This document shows, in pieces, positions 27,275 through 40,200 of a DNA stretch of 64,000 nt (the first letter of the stretch is position 1; every line of letters begins with the position of its first letter). The translations under genes and the position numbers were made by a program. Source of the DNA: Camelus dromedarius. Its lineage: Eukaryota. The stretch is from NCBI RefSeq assembly GCF_036321535.1, contig NC_087437.1, positions 96,226,001 through 96,290,000 of the forward strand, written 5' to 3'. The notes below the pieces were generated by a model. That model made no database searches and had not been told where the DNA came from. It saw only the letters and a list, made by a program, of their open reading frames with translations.

Positions 27275-28984
27275 AAATATTTTTGAAATATGGTTTCCTC
27301 ATCTGTAAAATAAGCATGATAATGCTTGTCTGACTCAACTCATGAGATGTTTGAGAATCTGGAATGTAACATTAACTATGTTTTGTAAACCGCATATTAC
27401 TAAAGAATGCAAAATATATTTTCTGCTGATCATTTTGCATACTTTATGTAATTAACAGAATTTCTCCTAAAGATGTTCAAAAGTGTGTGTAACTGACACT
27501 GCCACCGAGACAGCTGAATCTACTTCTGCTGTGAGATTTCTGCAGGTTGTAACAGGCAAGGAGCTAGGCAGAAGTGCTACCATCTAAGCAAGATTAACCG
27601 AATCACTGAAAATAAAAAGATGTGAGATGTTTCTGAAGTATGCATTTGATAAAAAATTTCATATTATTACCCTTTTAAAATTAAAAAAAATGCATTAGTT
27701 TACTATATATATCTCATATTACATACATGTAGCCTAATCACAAAATTTTGCAAGTTCTTGTAGGAGTGCAATAACATTCAGTTGGATGACCTATGTTGCT
27801 TTACTGTTGTTCGATTAAGAAAAACATTCGTGTATAATAAATCATATTGAGATATGCTTCCAAGTTGGATTACAAATAAGGATATATCAATTTTTATGTT
27901 GTATTTACTTACAAAAAAAGAACATTATAACCCTCTGGGATCTGTTTCTCAATATAGTAATTAATTTTCCAGGTTTGTAATTAAACAGTTTCAATAGGTT
28001 ACAATCAGGAGGTAATAACATTCAATTAAAGGCATAAGACACATTTTCACCTTAAAATGTTTTTACCCTTGAAGTAATACCAATGCAAGAGGATAAAATA
28101 GCGTATTAACACTTTTCAATTACACCAAATGACTTTAATCCTGAGAATGATGTCCTACTTTAATTAGAAGCTCTTCTCTTTATTGCAACATGATGGATGT
28201 CCACTTTATTAGATTCAAGTGGGACACTATAAGCCCACTTTACATAAACATTACCATGTTATTAAATGCTTTCTAAAAGAAGTGATGTTTGCTAGCATGT
28301 CAGGAATATAATTTCAAAATTCTATTGCCCCCCCCTATAAAATTTGTATTAGTATATATAAGTCTAGACTTTTTCATACATACGAAGCACAATTTGAGAA
28401 CAAGCTAATTCTCCCGTGGAATCCAAATATATTACTGAAATAAACCATCTTAAAGAGAAGGGTCTAAATTTTAAAGCCACTTGAAAATGATACAATAACT
28501 CAAAGTGTGCACTTTCCTACAATTAGCCATTAGAATACTAATTTACATAGCGCTAATACATCAGATGGGCTTAATTCTCTCTGGGATCTCTTCCTCTACA
28601 ATGTATTATCAGTCCACCTTCTAAATGATTCGTTGACATGGAAAACGGCATATGATTGAGGTTAACCCATCATCTTTATTCCCTGCTTGTATGACACAGG
28701 CAAAAGAAAATGGATTACAAGCAAAACCCAGGAATTCCACAGAGCTCTTCTTGCCTTGAAGTGCCTGTATCCTATTAGTGCTAATTGGCATTATCAGCAC
28801 ATATTGAGGAATATGGACCATTAAGTCCAGGCTCTTAACTCTCTCTACTGATGAACAGTCATAGATCATGGTAAAAATTGGATACTGCAGACAGTAAGAC
28901 CAATTTATTTTTCCTAATATCCCAATTCATGATTTGAAAATTTACAATTTGCTCAAGCATTTCTCTTTTGTTCTCACTCACAGT

Positions 28985-29070
28985 CTCCTATCCCTCTCCT
29001 TCCTTCCCTCCCTCTCTCCCTCCCTTCCTCTCTCCCTCCTTCTCTTCCTCTCTCCCTCCTTCTCTTCCTC
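28985..29070. repeat. CT-rich low-complexity tract, (CCCT/CTCT/CCTT)n
   Basis: About 85 nt of almost pure pyrimidine on the plus strand. Confidence 0.9.
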
Positions 29071-29829
29071 TGTCTGATGTGAGGGAGATAGGTGAAGAAA
29101 AGAAAACCAGACCTAAGATTATAATCAAATCAAATTACCTAATCTTCCCAGAGATTAGTATCTCTGGAATTATCTGCCATTTTGTCAAATAACAGGAAAA
29201 AAAAAAGGCTTTAATGCTATTTGAACATTCCTTGTTTAAAAGCCATTAAAACACAACGTAGCATCTTTAAAAATCATGTTTATTGGGCCACAAGACCAAT
29301 ACACATTTTATGCAATAGCATATATAAACCTGGAGCTATTTTAGGACATGTGATTTACATGCAACATAGCTTTATCTATATGATAAGATATGTTAGAATG
29401 GGATTTGATGCAACACTTGTATTTTAAAGTGTAAATATGCAACAACCAAATTACTTACATAATTATATTTGTATCATTTATAAATAAATAACATCTTTGC
29501 ATAATTATGCTGTCTGTGGTTTGAGGGAGAAACTTCTTGGACCTCACAGCTCCCAGACTGGGTGGAGGGGAGGAACTACAGGCAGGAGGAAGAATCTTGC
29601 CGAGCTACCAGGGCTCTCCAGGTTCATGCCCTCCAGCCTTCTCAGCACTGTGTGTGGCTGGGGACGGAGGTGACCAGAGCAGTGCTGAGCGAGCGAGCCT
29701 CTGTGCTCGGGCAGAGGGACACCTCTGGCCCTGGCAGCCCTAGCCCGACCAGAAGCACAAACTTGCCACTTCAGCCAGGACACAAGGGAAAGCAAGTGCA
29801 TTCTGCATTTTCCCCATTTCTAACCTTTA

Positions 29830-29975
29830 CAATGTGTAAAGCACTTTTACATAGAAACTCACTTAATCATGTCATCTTCATAACTTACATGGAGTAAAAT
29901 GTATTAGCCTCATATTTTAGATTAAGAAAATGAGTTTCAGTGCATTAAATTGTGCTATAAGGTTGTACAATCATA
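29830..29975 (-). mobile_element. MIR fragment
   Basis: aaagcacttttacata...tcacttaatc...tattagcctcatattttagattaagaaaatgagtttcag. Confidence 0.65.
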
Positions 29976-31501
29976 AGGAGGGAAAATGGCTTTAGAATTC
30001 TTTCCTTTTTCAGGTTATGTATGTGGGTTGGGAGTATGTTCAAGTGTGTTATAACTGTATCATGTTTCTTTACACTCACTTTAGCATTTTTAATCTGAAA
30101 GCAATTTTAAGTGAAGAATCAAGAAACTCTTACGAGTAGAAATCTATTTTATAGTTTTGAATGACTAAACAAGATGGCAAGTAAGTTCTGGAACAGTCCT
30201 GATGTAGGATAAGGCAGTGGCCAGAACTTTACCTTATCTTTCCCATCACTATCTTTACATCCCACAAATCACAGGGGAAGTGAATCCAACAAGGAACATC
30301 GAGGAAGGGAATAAGGTAATAGCCCATCCATACTGAGATGTTATAACTGCTAGCTTAGGGTGGTACAGAACTGTATAGGAACGCACAACAATTAAAGATG
30401 ATGGCCGAGGGGAACTTCTTGATGCCTCTCTACCCAAATAATCATACACAGGTTTTGATCAACAGGTTCTCTTAATTTAGTAGAAAGCATTTTAATCTCT
30501 GGTGAAGTTTTCAGATTGTCTGAGGTTTTTAATTGCTGTTCCCATTTTTCGCCTGGGAAATTCTTCCAGAACGTGGACTAGCAACAGAGGGTGCCAAGGA
30601 GGAGCGCCAGCAGGCCTCTTCCCGAGAACTACATGCTTCTTCGGGGGTGGTTCTGGAAAGTCTAGAACAAAAACATCTCTAGGTCCCTCAGAAATGCACA
30701 GATACATTCTTAGATAAAGAATTCAATTTTTGATCTGGTTTAAGCTGGAAATTCCTCTCACTGCTTCAGAACCTGGAGGCCTGTGCTTGTCCAAGTTTGG
30801 ACCAAGCTGTACCTGAGAAAAGTATGGTACCCAATTTGCTTTTTTAGCAGAGTCTGAGAGGTTGTGCTGCCCGGAGAGGGCCCTGAGAGGACAAACCAGC
30901 ACACAGCCAAGACAAGGTAAGTGTTGGTTCCATCTGGTATGTAACGTATTATTTCCTGTGTAACCTCACTCTGAGGGAATGCAGAAAGGATGATGGAAGA
31001 AAATATTTCTCCTCTTAAAAGGAAGCATTTTTGGATTAATGATAAAGAAAAGGTATTTATACTGTTTGTCTATGGAAGGAAGTTGAAATTGGGTTCTAGA
31101 CTAATTAATAATGGAAATATTTTTGACTATTTTACATATGCCCAGGGTGTTCTAAGTGCTTTATATACTAACTCACTTAATTATCTTAATGTAGAGCAAT
31201 GTGAGAAAGCAAACTTACCTTTCTGTTAAAGAGATTTTAAACAGCAACAGGTTAGACTTTTTCAGATAATTTAGTTACACTGCATTGTATCTATTCTACG
31301 TGAGATGATGATTTTAGAAAATTAACACTAGAAAAAAAGAATATTAGAATATCTGATTCACACTTATTTTAGAATTAAGTCTCTCTTTCAGACATAAAAT
31401 AAATTCAATGTTGATAACTAGAGAGGCAAGGAAATCTTTGAGGACCATCAGAGATGGGGAAGTTCACAGATTTCAGAAAAGTGGTCAAGACTCTCACTCA
31501 C

Positions 31502-31626
31502 CTGGCTGCCTTCTTTTTGCCAAAACACAGCTGGCTGCGGGTTTCCTTTAGTTTCACAGGGAAATGTCACTGTTCGACCTTGAGCAACAATCTGATCTCT
31601 TGGCCTAACCACAAACTGTGGAGGAG
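31502..31626 (-). CDS. ROBO2: ROBO2 exon ~7 (125 nt), first half of Ig4: [42 protein letters not shown]
   Basis: Acceptor ctttaaattatag|CTCCTCCA, donor AGCCAG|gtgagt. Translated by hand; the ORF track lists only the antisense frame. Confidence 0.97.
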
Positions 31627-32229
31627 CTATAATTTAAAGGAAAGAAAATGTGTAAATATAAACTGTTGACAAAGAAAGATATATCAAAAAGAAGATCTGC
31701 TACTAGGTGGATTGTTCAGTGCCAGGCAGAGGCTACAGTTTCTGATTTATTTTTAAGCATTTCTCAAAACACAGTGGGGAAAGGAAAAGAGCGCTCTATT
31801 AAATGTGAAAAAGGAAGTACATTATTAATACACGCATTTTAAATGTTATACACTGTAAATCCCGTAGCCCATATATTTGCATAGGAAAATGGATTTTTAA
31901 TGATTTTCTAAAATTTTTAATAAAAACATTTCCCGATATGGTATTGTGTTGTGAATAAAGACAAAAAAGAATCACTTCATTACTCAAATATCGCCTTCCT
32001 GTGAAATCAATCTAGTGACACACACTGATTGTTCTTATAATATCTGCAAGACGTTGTACTAGGCGCAGGTACACCAGAAGGCATAAAACATGATCCCTAT
32101 TCTTAAAGTGCTTGTTTTCTGGACTTGAAGAGTTGAAGTGTTGAAAACATCAAAGAATTGAAGACATGGGAATTACATACGAAGATAATTAACAATATAA
32201 AGAAATGTATGAAAGTGGTTGATTCTATT

Positions 32230-32950
32230 TAATTCATTTCATTTAGGTAAATAAGCATTAGTCAGGCAATTATCATGTTCCCCTACTGGGCACTAAAGAT
32301 GCACAGATAAAAAGCTTATACCCTGCAGCCAGGAAGAACAGAAAATACAAAACACAATGGTGATGACAACAACAACAGCAAAACAAAAACAACTGTTCTG
32401 TAAGACTGTGGTAAGTTCGTGACAGAAGCCCTCTCAAGCACAGAGGAGCAGCACTTAAGTTATAATACAGCCTATACCTTACATGGGATAGGACTTCCAG
32501 AGAGAGGGACCCCTTGGTGTTATGGTAGCTGTGAAAGGCTTTTTGCAAGAAATGAACATTAGGGAAGTTTTAAGAAATGGTAGCATTTAGAGAAGTAAAA
32601 AAAATGAACACATTCCAAGCAATGAGCTAACTGAGCAAAGCCCAAGAAGCAAGAACACATCTAGTGAACAGTGTATAATCCTGCAGGAATGGAGGGTCCC
32701 TGCTGTGTAAACACTACTGGCTACAAAAGATAGATTTGGATCCAGTCTTAGAAGATCCTGAGAAGCCAAACTGAGGATTTTATTCTGTTTCTAAGCTGAG
32801 GAGTGATAAATGCAAAGCAAAAATTGTGGAAGCTTTAACCCACTAATGAATGTTGTGTATATATTCAAATCAGTCAATAATTTAAGGGAGACAAATTAGT
32901 CAATTAAGTAGGGAATGTGATTGGAAGACTAGTAAAATGGTGTTGGCAAA
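32230..32950 (-). mobile_element. Degenerate L2 fragment
   Basis: ttcatttc...aataagcattagtcaggcaattatcatgttccc..ctgggcactaaagatgcacagataaa, then a purine-rich L2-like body. Confidence 0.55.
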
Positions 32951-34584
32951 AATAATGAGACCTAGGTACAAGTAAGTCCAATAGGAAAAAAAGGGGGGTA
33001 GGGTTAAATGCTAAGAAAGTTCCAATTAAATTTGGGGCTAATTATAAAGAGAAAGAAGAAAGTGAAAAACATTAGACAGTGTAAATGGAAGTTTCCACAG
33101 GGACATCTTCTCCATACCAAACCCATTCCTATTGAAGAGAAAACAGCATGTTTATTCATGACTTTTCTAATCATCTGTTTCTACTGTAACTCCTTGCTTA
33201 TGCTGGAAACCTTAAGACCAAGAAAAAGACTTTAAAATGAACTCTAATTTTTAGGACCTGGCATACATAGCCACAACCCTAAAATTTGAACCCTGAAGAA
33301 TTTTAACTATAAGCACCACTCAGTAAAGCCTTTACCCAGAATTCTTTCAGTCCTTCAAGATTACATAACTGCAGGTCCAAGAGCAGAGTAAATGTAGGGT
33401 AGCCTCAAACATACAGCCAATTATTCATTCTTAGAAGAATACTGGCATAGCAACAGTAGAAGCATTTTTTCAAAAAATTCACTGAGATTTGTACTGGCTT
33501 ATTTTTTGGTGTCCTATTACACTGTCTCCTAATTCAACACATTCAACATATACTCCAGGGATAAAAGGAATAAACCAACTAAGTGAAATTTTCTTCTATA
33601 ACTATAGATAACAGAAGACTCAGTTTAACAGGATGGAGAGCTCAAATTTATGGATCTATTTGAAAGGAATGTGGCTTATGTTGCCCTGTATTTGCAGGAG
33701 ATTACTTGCTTCTTACGGTCTTGTTATTTCTACACCATTCCATTGAATCATCAGATACACCGATTTTTGTTCCATGTTTTCTAATAAGAATGATAGTTTA
33801 AATCAATGTTACAGAATTACAGTAAAACACTGTAGTGACCACCAGATATTCCTACCAAAAAATACTTGATTGGTCTTTATCATCTGTAATATCCAAGAAA
33901 AATTGTGTATATTAATACAAATTTAAAACTCAATGTATATTTCTTAATCCCTAGTGATTCTATGAAAGAGAAGTTTAGTGCCAACATGGACACTAAGTAG
34001 ATAAGTAGTATTGAGTAACTTAGCTTGAATCTCATTATAAAAAAGTTTTTAAAAAGTCAATATAATAAAAATCAGTTAACAGTGTTTGACAAAAATCACA
34101 TATTCAGCTTATTAGTTCATTTGTACTGCTTTGGACTAGAAAGAATTTGAATTGGCTCTCATAACTAGTTAGTAAAACTAGTTAGTAAAAATTTAGAGCT
34201 CCATATGCACTGTAAAGTCCTTCTTTATACAATTTTTAAAATGTAATAACTGATAAAATACATGATTAGAATCAGGTGAAACATCAAATGAAAGCAATGA
34301 AAACCTACTTTATAGTTTTAAGCACATTATGATTCCTGTTTACCTATCATCTATCTATCTATCATCTGATCTATCTCAGTAAAATTACCACCTATACTTT
34401 AATTTTAACTACAGACTTTTTGAATTTGATTTTTTTAAGCTTTCAAAAACATTTTTGGTAGATAACTGATTTTGCGAAATGCTTCTGGAATCCAGATCCT
34501 ACGATTTTAACACAGCTGCTAAAGCATAATCCCCAAGGTAAAGACTAGCAAATGACCACATCTATCCATCCACTTTTTGGAAAA

Positions 34585-35100
34585 GATATTCATTCAAGAT
34601 ATTGATTGGCTACAAATTATGAGACATTCTGCTTGGTACAGGGGATGAAAACAAAATAAAAAACTGTTCATGGCTTATGGCAGAGACTTCCAAGTAAATA
34701 AATAAATAAAAACGAATATAGCAGGGCATTGAGGGAAAAAGCATGGAAGAGCAGCAAATTACACCAAATGATGAGGAAAGAAGAGGAAGGTTGCCAGGAG
34801 ATGGCTACATTTGAATTGTGTTTTGACGCTCAAGTAAGAGTTCATTAGATGAAGAGGAGTGTGGTCACTTGGGACAGAGAGAAGCAGACACAGCCAGAGA
34901 CATGTGGAAAAGGATGTGTTTGGAGGATGTATATGGTTTTGAAAATAAAATCAGGGATGCAGAAGTGATATAGGTAGGGCAAGATAATTTATGCTAAAGG
35001 AGATTAAATTTTGCCTAAGAGAGAAGGGAGACCCAGTCAAAGATGTTTATGCAAAAAAGATCTAATAAGGTTTCTGTTTTAGAAATAATGTTCTTTCTAA
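34585..35100 (-). mobile_element. Degenerate L2 fragment
   Basis: attcattcaagatattgattggctac...gacattctgcttggtacaggggat...ggaaggttgccaggagatggctacatttgaattg. Confidence 0.55.
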
Positions 35101-36999
35101 AAGAGAAAGGGCAGATAAGAGGCTGAAAAATCTTAGCAATCTGGGACAGGAAATTCAGTTGAGAATTCATATGTTCATAGTAGCACCTAAATATAATCGT
35201 TCATAAGCACTCTTATAGGACAAGGAAATTTCACAATATCACAGTGTAATATTTAACACCAATACTGTAATCAACAGACCAGGAAATCAAAGTTTCTTGA
35301 GTTTTTAACCCAGTACTGAATTTTTAAAGACTACTAACAAAATGCTATCAGCATTTGTGTTATTCAGGCTGAGATATCATTTAATATGATGTTTATTTAT
35401 ATTGTACTTTTATTCCATGTTGTAAATACACTGTATTTCTAATGTACCAAATAGTTTCTTGTCACCAGAACTTAAGTCACACTGATCTTGTTGGAACTGG
35501 AATCCCCTTTTCATTTTTAAAATTAAAAAAATCTAAAGATACTAAAATATTTAACAAAGTAAAAGATGTGAAAAGTGTCCAAGTCTCTGAAAATGTACAC
35601 CCTTTCCTATTGGCGCCTGAAGTTGAACCACTAAAACAAATCGCATCCATCACTTTTGCTTCTGTAGGCTCTATTTCTCCATCCAAGATCTCTATTGTCA
35701 CTTTCTGTGAAGGGGTATCAGTTGAAAGAATTTATTTTTGAGGTTTTAAATGAAAAACTGCATCAATAATTCTTCTGATAACACTTCACAGTTTCAGTAT
35801 TTCTGCCAGGTGGCAGTGAAAATGGTTTGAAAAGACAGTACTTGGCTGATGGCAACAATGGGAGGGAGTAGGCAGAGAGGTGGCATTTTATCAACACAGC
35901 ACAATGGCACAAAGCGTGCTATACACAAAATGAATTTTCTATATAAAATATAAAAAAAAACCCATAATTAGGTCCTCAAGATGACAATTCAAAACACATT
36001 TACACCCAATGTGAATTAGAGAGTTTGAGTTATGAACTCCAGAAGAATACGCTAGTTACAGAAATGGCAATTCTCTTATATATTTCTAAGACAGAAGACT
36101 ATAAAATACATATTTATATCTTCTCTAAAACCCAAAGCATTTAGACAAATCTTTTATAACTATGGTGTAATAACCTACTTGTTTAATCTGTTAAGTGATT
36201 ACACCTTATTGCTTCAGTTATAACAAGAAATGAGATGAAGAAAACAGAGGGACACAATTCAATGTTCATTACACATGTACACGTTAAAAACAACAGCTCT
36301 ATAAGAAAAGTATGTTGTGTGAACTCTAGAGGGGTAGATCCAAATATAAAAAGGTCAGTTAAGATTAGAGGTCTGGTACTGTTTACTTGAAGCTGTGTTT
36401 TCGCGAATTTAAATACAATGCACAGTAAATTAGATTTGATTTCTGCTAAATTATGCTTTGATACTGCATTCAGCCCAAGCTGGCTTCAATCAAAGTCACG
36501 CTACAGCTCTGTTATGCTAATGCCCGCTGGTGTGAGTGAGGGGTGATATGGAAATCAGATGGCAGAACACAAGGAGGAAACATTGGCTGTCCATGGGGTG
36601 GGCTTAGAGATGAGGGGAAGGGACACCCGAAAGGTTAATCACATCATGTTCAGAGTTGTCTTTACAGGAAAATATGACTTTCTGTGTCAGGCACGAACAT
36701 GGAGACAGTCATGAAGCAGTTGCATACATTACTATGTGACAGGGTGGCTACAGGCATACTCAGCAGCTCTTTCTTTGGGTACAATTTTGCGGCTGAGTGA
36801 ATAAGCTTCTTATTCTGTAATGATAAAGATTATGAATTTTCTATCTTAAACTCAAGTATAAAATGTTTTTTGCTACTCAATATTTTTTCCTTTTAAATTA
36901 TATATCCTATAAACATATTTGAAAAGCACACGCTTGCAACATTTCCTTGTTTTAAAGATTTGCTGAATCACAAACTGCTTAATATCACAACAATAATTA

Positions 37000-37220
37000 A
37001 AATTAATTGAGTGCTTATTAAGCTCCAGGAGATGTGTTAAACCATCCACAGGAACTATCTCATTTAATATTCCAAGAGCCTTATATCTTAACTACTATCA
37101 TGATGCTGTAAAGGCTAGTAAAGTAAATCTGATAAAGGGTACACAGGTTTTTAAAGATTAAATGGATAGGTAGGAAGACAGGTTTGACTTCTGATCCATC
37201 TGATGGCTGGACCTCTTAAA
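37000..37220 (-). mobile_element. MIR, degenerate
   Basis: attgagtgcttattaagctccagg...tatctcatttaat...caggtttgacttc. Confidence 0.55.
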
Positions 37221-40200
37221 CACATATGGCTCACTTCAAACTATATGCTAACTTAGAGTTTGTCATGTCTGTTACCAAACAGAAGGGTAAGCATTACATG
37301 CTATGATTTCCAATATGGTATATAATACTGTTAAAATCATAGCATGTTTTTCCTAAATAATTGTTTTTGTTTTTAAAGTAGATAAAACCTATAATCTTGC
37401 TCTTTCTGAACTACCTGGAAGTACAACCTTTCTCAAGTATATTTATTTCAAGTCATTCTTTATTCAAAAACCTACAGTGCCTTTTCTACTGCTTGTCACT
37501 GCAATGCTGGCAAATTATTCTCTGTGTAGCATTTTGTCTTCCATCAGGCTGGCCCAAGGTCTTACCAACCTGAAGCTCACCTGTTCCCAAACCAGAGCCA
37601 GCATTTCAGCAGACAAGTCTACTTTCAATCACTTGCATATGTATTTGCTTGTTCCAGTGGTTAACCCATTTTGATAGCTATTACCCTTTGATTCACCTTG
37701 TCAACAACAATTAACCTGAACAGATTCTAACCTTGTACTTTTTTGTGTTCCTTCCACTTTAAAGTACGTGCCCTTGCCTGTATAGTCTTGCTTCTCTATT
37801 TTTACTCCCTGTCTGTGTGCCTTGATTCTTCTGTTCCATTATAAGCTCTCCATTATGGGCTTATTTTGCAACGAAATGATATCTTTATTTTGCCTAGTAA
37901 GTCCCCAAATAGAAAACACTAAGTGAGTGATTTGGAATAGAAAATAAAAAAAAAATTATTGATAAAGCAAATACCCCAATTTTTTTTCCATCTCATTGTA
38001 CCTAAAGGGTATGATGCAATTCTACCAGTGACAGTAACTCACTATTACAGTCATTTGGATGGGGAGAAGTCAAAGAAAATATGTTTGGAAAAAATCTTCT
38101 GATTCTGATATGCCCTCGTGTAGAGAATACCCCTTATACCAAATTAAAATTTATATCTTAAAGAGTCTGCCTGAGTAGCCACCATTGCAGAGTGACAAAA
38201 ACAACCTAGAAAAAATGTAAGTATTGTATAACAATCAGTTCTAGAAGTTCCTGCAAAAAAAATTTGGTTAATAGGCTTACCCCCACCAACAAGAAATAGC
38301 AAGTACCCATTTCATTAAAATGCAATGTAGAGCAGGACTAAGAGATGAATGTTTACTCAGTAATCAGAACAGGTGGGCTTCTAATTGATAAATGATTGTT
38401 TCTTCAACCTATTTAATTCTATTTAATTTTTACTATTTAACACTTGACTTGATTTCAAAGGAATTTCTGTTAATAATATTGGAAATGCATAATATCATAA
38501 AAATATTTGACTTGAAGCTTATGAACACATAATCCATCTCAGAGGAAGCAATGCATTTATAATGAAAAATATAATTTAGGGATATAGAATTTAAAATGAT
38601 CATTTTTATAAACCCCACTTAATCACATTTTATTCATTTGTCACTATTTTCAAGGTATGTAAGTGATCAAATTGCTAAATTACCTACCTTTCCAATTAAC
38701 CATTTTCTCACTGAGTCCAGGGCAATAACTTTTCTAGAGTAGTGATGGTTTTCTTTCTCAGTCAGTACCTTACTTCTAGCTAATATTAAAAATTCTTATT
38801 CCATGATAAAAACCAGTATCTATATTTTTTGATAATAATCTAAAAATAATAATTGATAGTCTCTATATATACTTTATACATGCTTCTGAAAGTCATACTG
38901 AAAAAGGAAAACTAATAAATGGTTTACTGTTTTCATAAACATGGAAAGTGAAGTTAGTGGTCAAAAAGTAAGTTTACTATAATTACACTCAGTCCTGAGA
39001 CTCTTCATCTGTTTAGACTTTATCTACTCTCCACCTATGAGAAGCCTCACATGTGCAAACTGCATTCAATCCCTGTGTGAGTAAAGATGTGTTCCAATTA
39101 TGCAGCTACACTCTGTACATTTTTAAACCACTCTTATGGAATTTATTGATTGTGGAAGACTCATTTTTGAAGATTCATATGATATCTAAAACTCTAAAAA
39201 TAACTCATGGTTATTCAAAATCTGATGACTAAAGTAGGCCATGAAGATAGCCAAATATGTTATAAAATACAGTTATAAAAGAATATAAGTGACCTAAGTT
39301 GACATTGATAGTAACCAGAAAAGCAGTTACAACAAGGGTCAAAGGTACTGAGTTTTGGTGGACAGTGTGACATACACACAAAAATGTATGTGTATGTTTT
39401 GGGATAGTGGTTAAAACCATGTTATTTAATTTATAATCACACATAATGTGCTTCTCCTTGAGAAGGAACAATGTAAATATCAAAATGAGTAATTCTACAA
39501 CTGTCTAGAGTAGATAGATAAAAAAGGGTAAATTCATTTGGTTCAAAGTACCTGGCACATTTGGATCTTATAGGCAAGCATATGAAAACAGTGCTACAAT
39601 AAACAGCTAAATGCAGATAGCCATTTTGTACTTGACCTTAACATTTTTTAAGACAGCACGTTACTGGAGAACACCCCAGTGATAAACCTGTACTAGAAAT
39701 GAATTCAGATGTTTGTTGGCTCTTTAATTCATAATAGTATTTAATTATTTTAAGCAAACATTTATGGGTTTTATTTTGTGTCAGGGTCTGAGGGTACTAA
39801 GATTTCTGTTCTCTGGAACTTACCACCTACCAGAGGAAACTCACATGAAAACAATCAAGCATGATACAACATGATGAGCATGAAAAATGTTGTAATACAG
39901 GATGTCCCACCATTATGAGAGTAACTTGACTCAGTCTGTCTCCAACAGTTGGGGAAAGCATTGAAAGAGAAAAAGAGAAAGCGAAAGATTGATTTGTTCT
40001 TTTGAGATTACGTAGGTAAGAAAGTAAGGGTGAGAGGTTGTTCCTCACAGAGGGAAAAACACATGCATTATGTTAGAGATAGACATTTTCCAGACAGCGC
40101 CAAAGCACCATAACCATCACCTGGCTTCACTCCAACCTTTCAAAAACCTGAAAGTCTGCTTGTTAAACTGAAGGATTATGTTGGTGAAACCACGTATTTT

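Larger units (their letters stand above)
26985..27395 (+). mobile_element. MIR split by a SINE insertion
   Basis: Left part ...tgactttcagcgagttactgaa (to ~27040) continues after the SINE as ...ggtttcctcatctgtaaaataagcatgataat...tcatgagatgtttgagaat, colinear with the MIR consensus. Confidence 0.7.
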
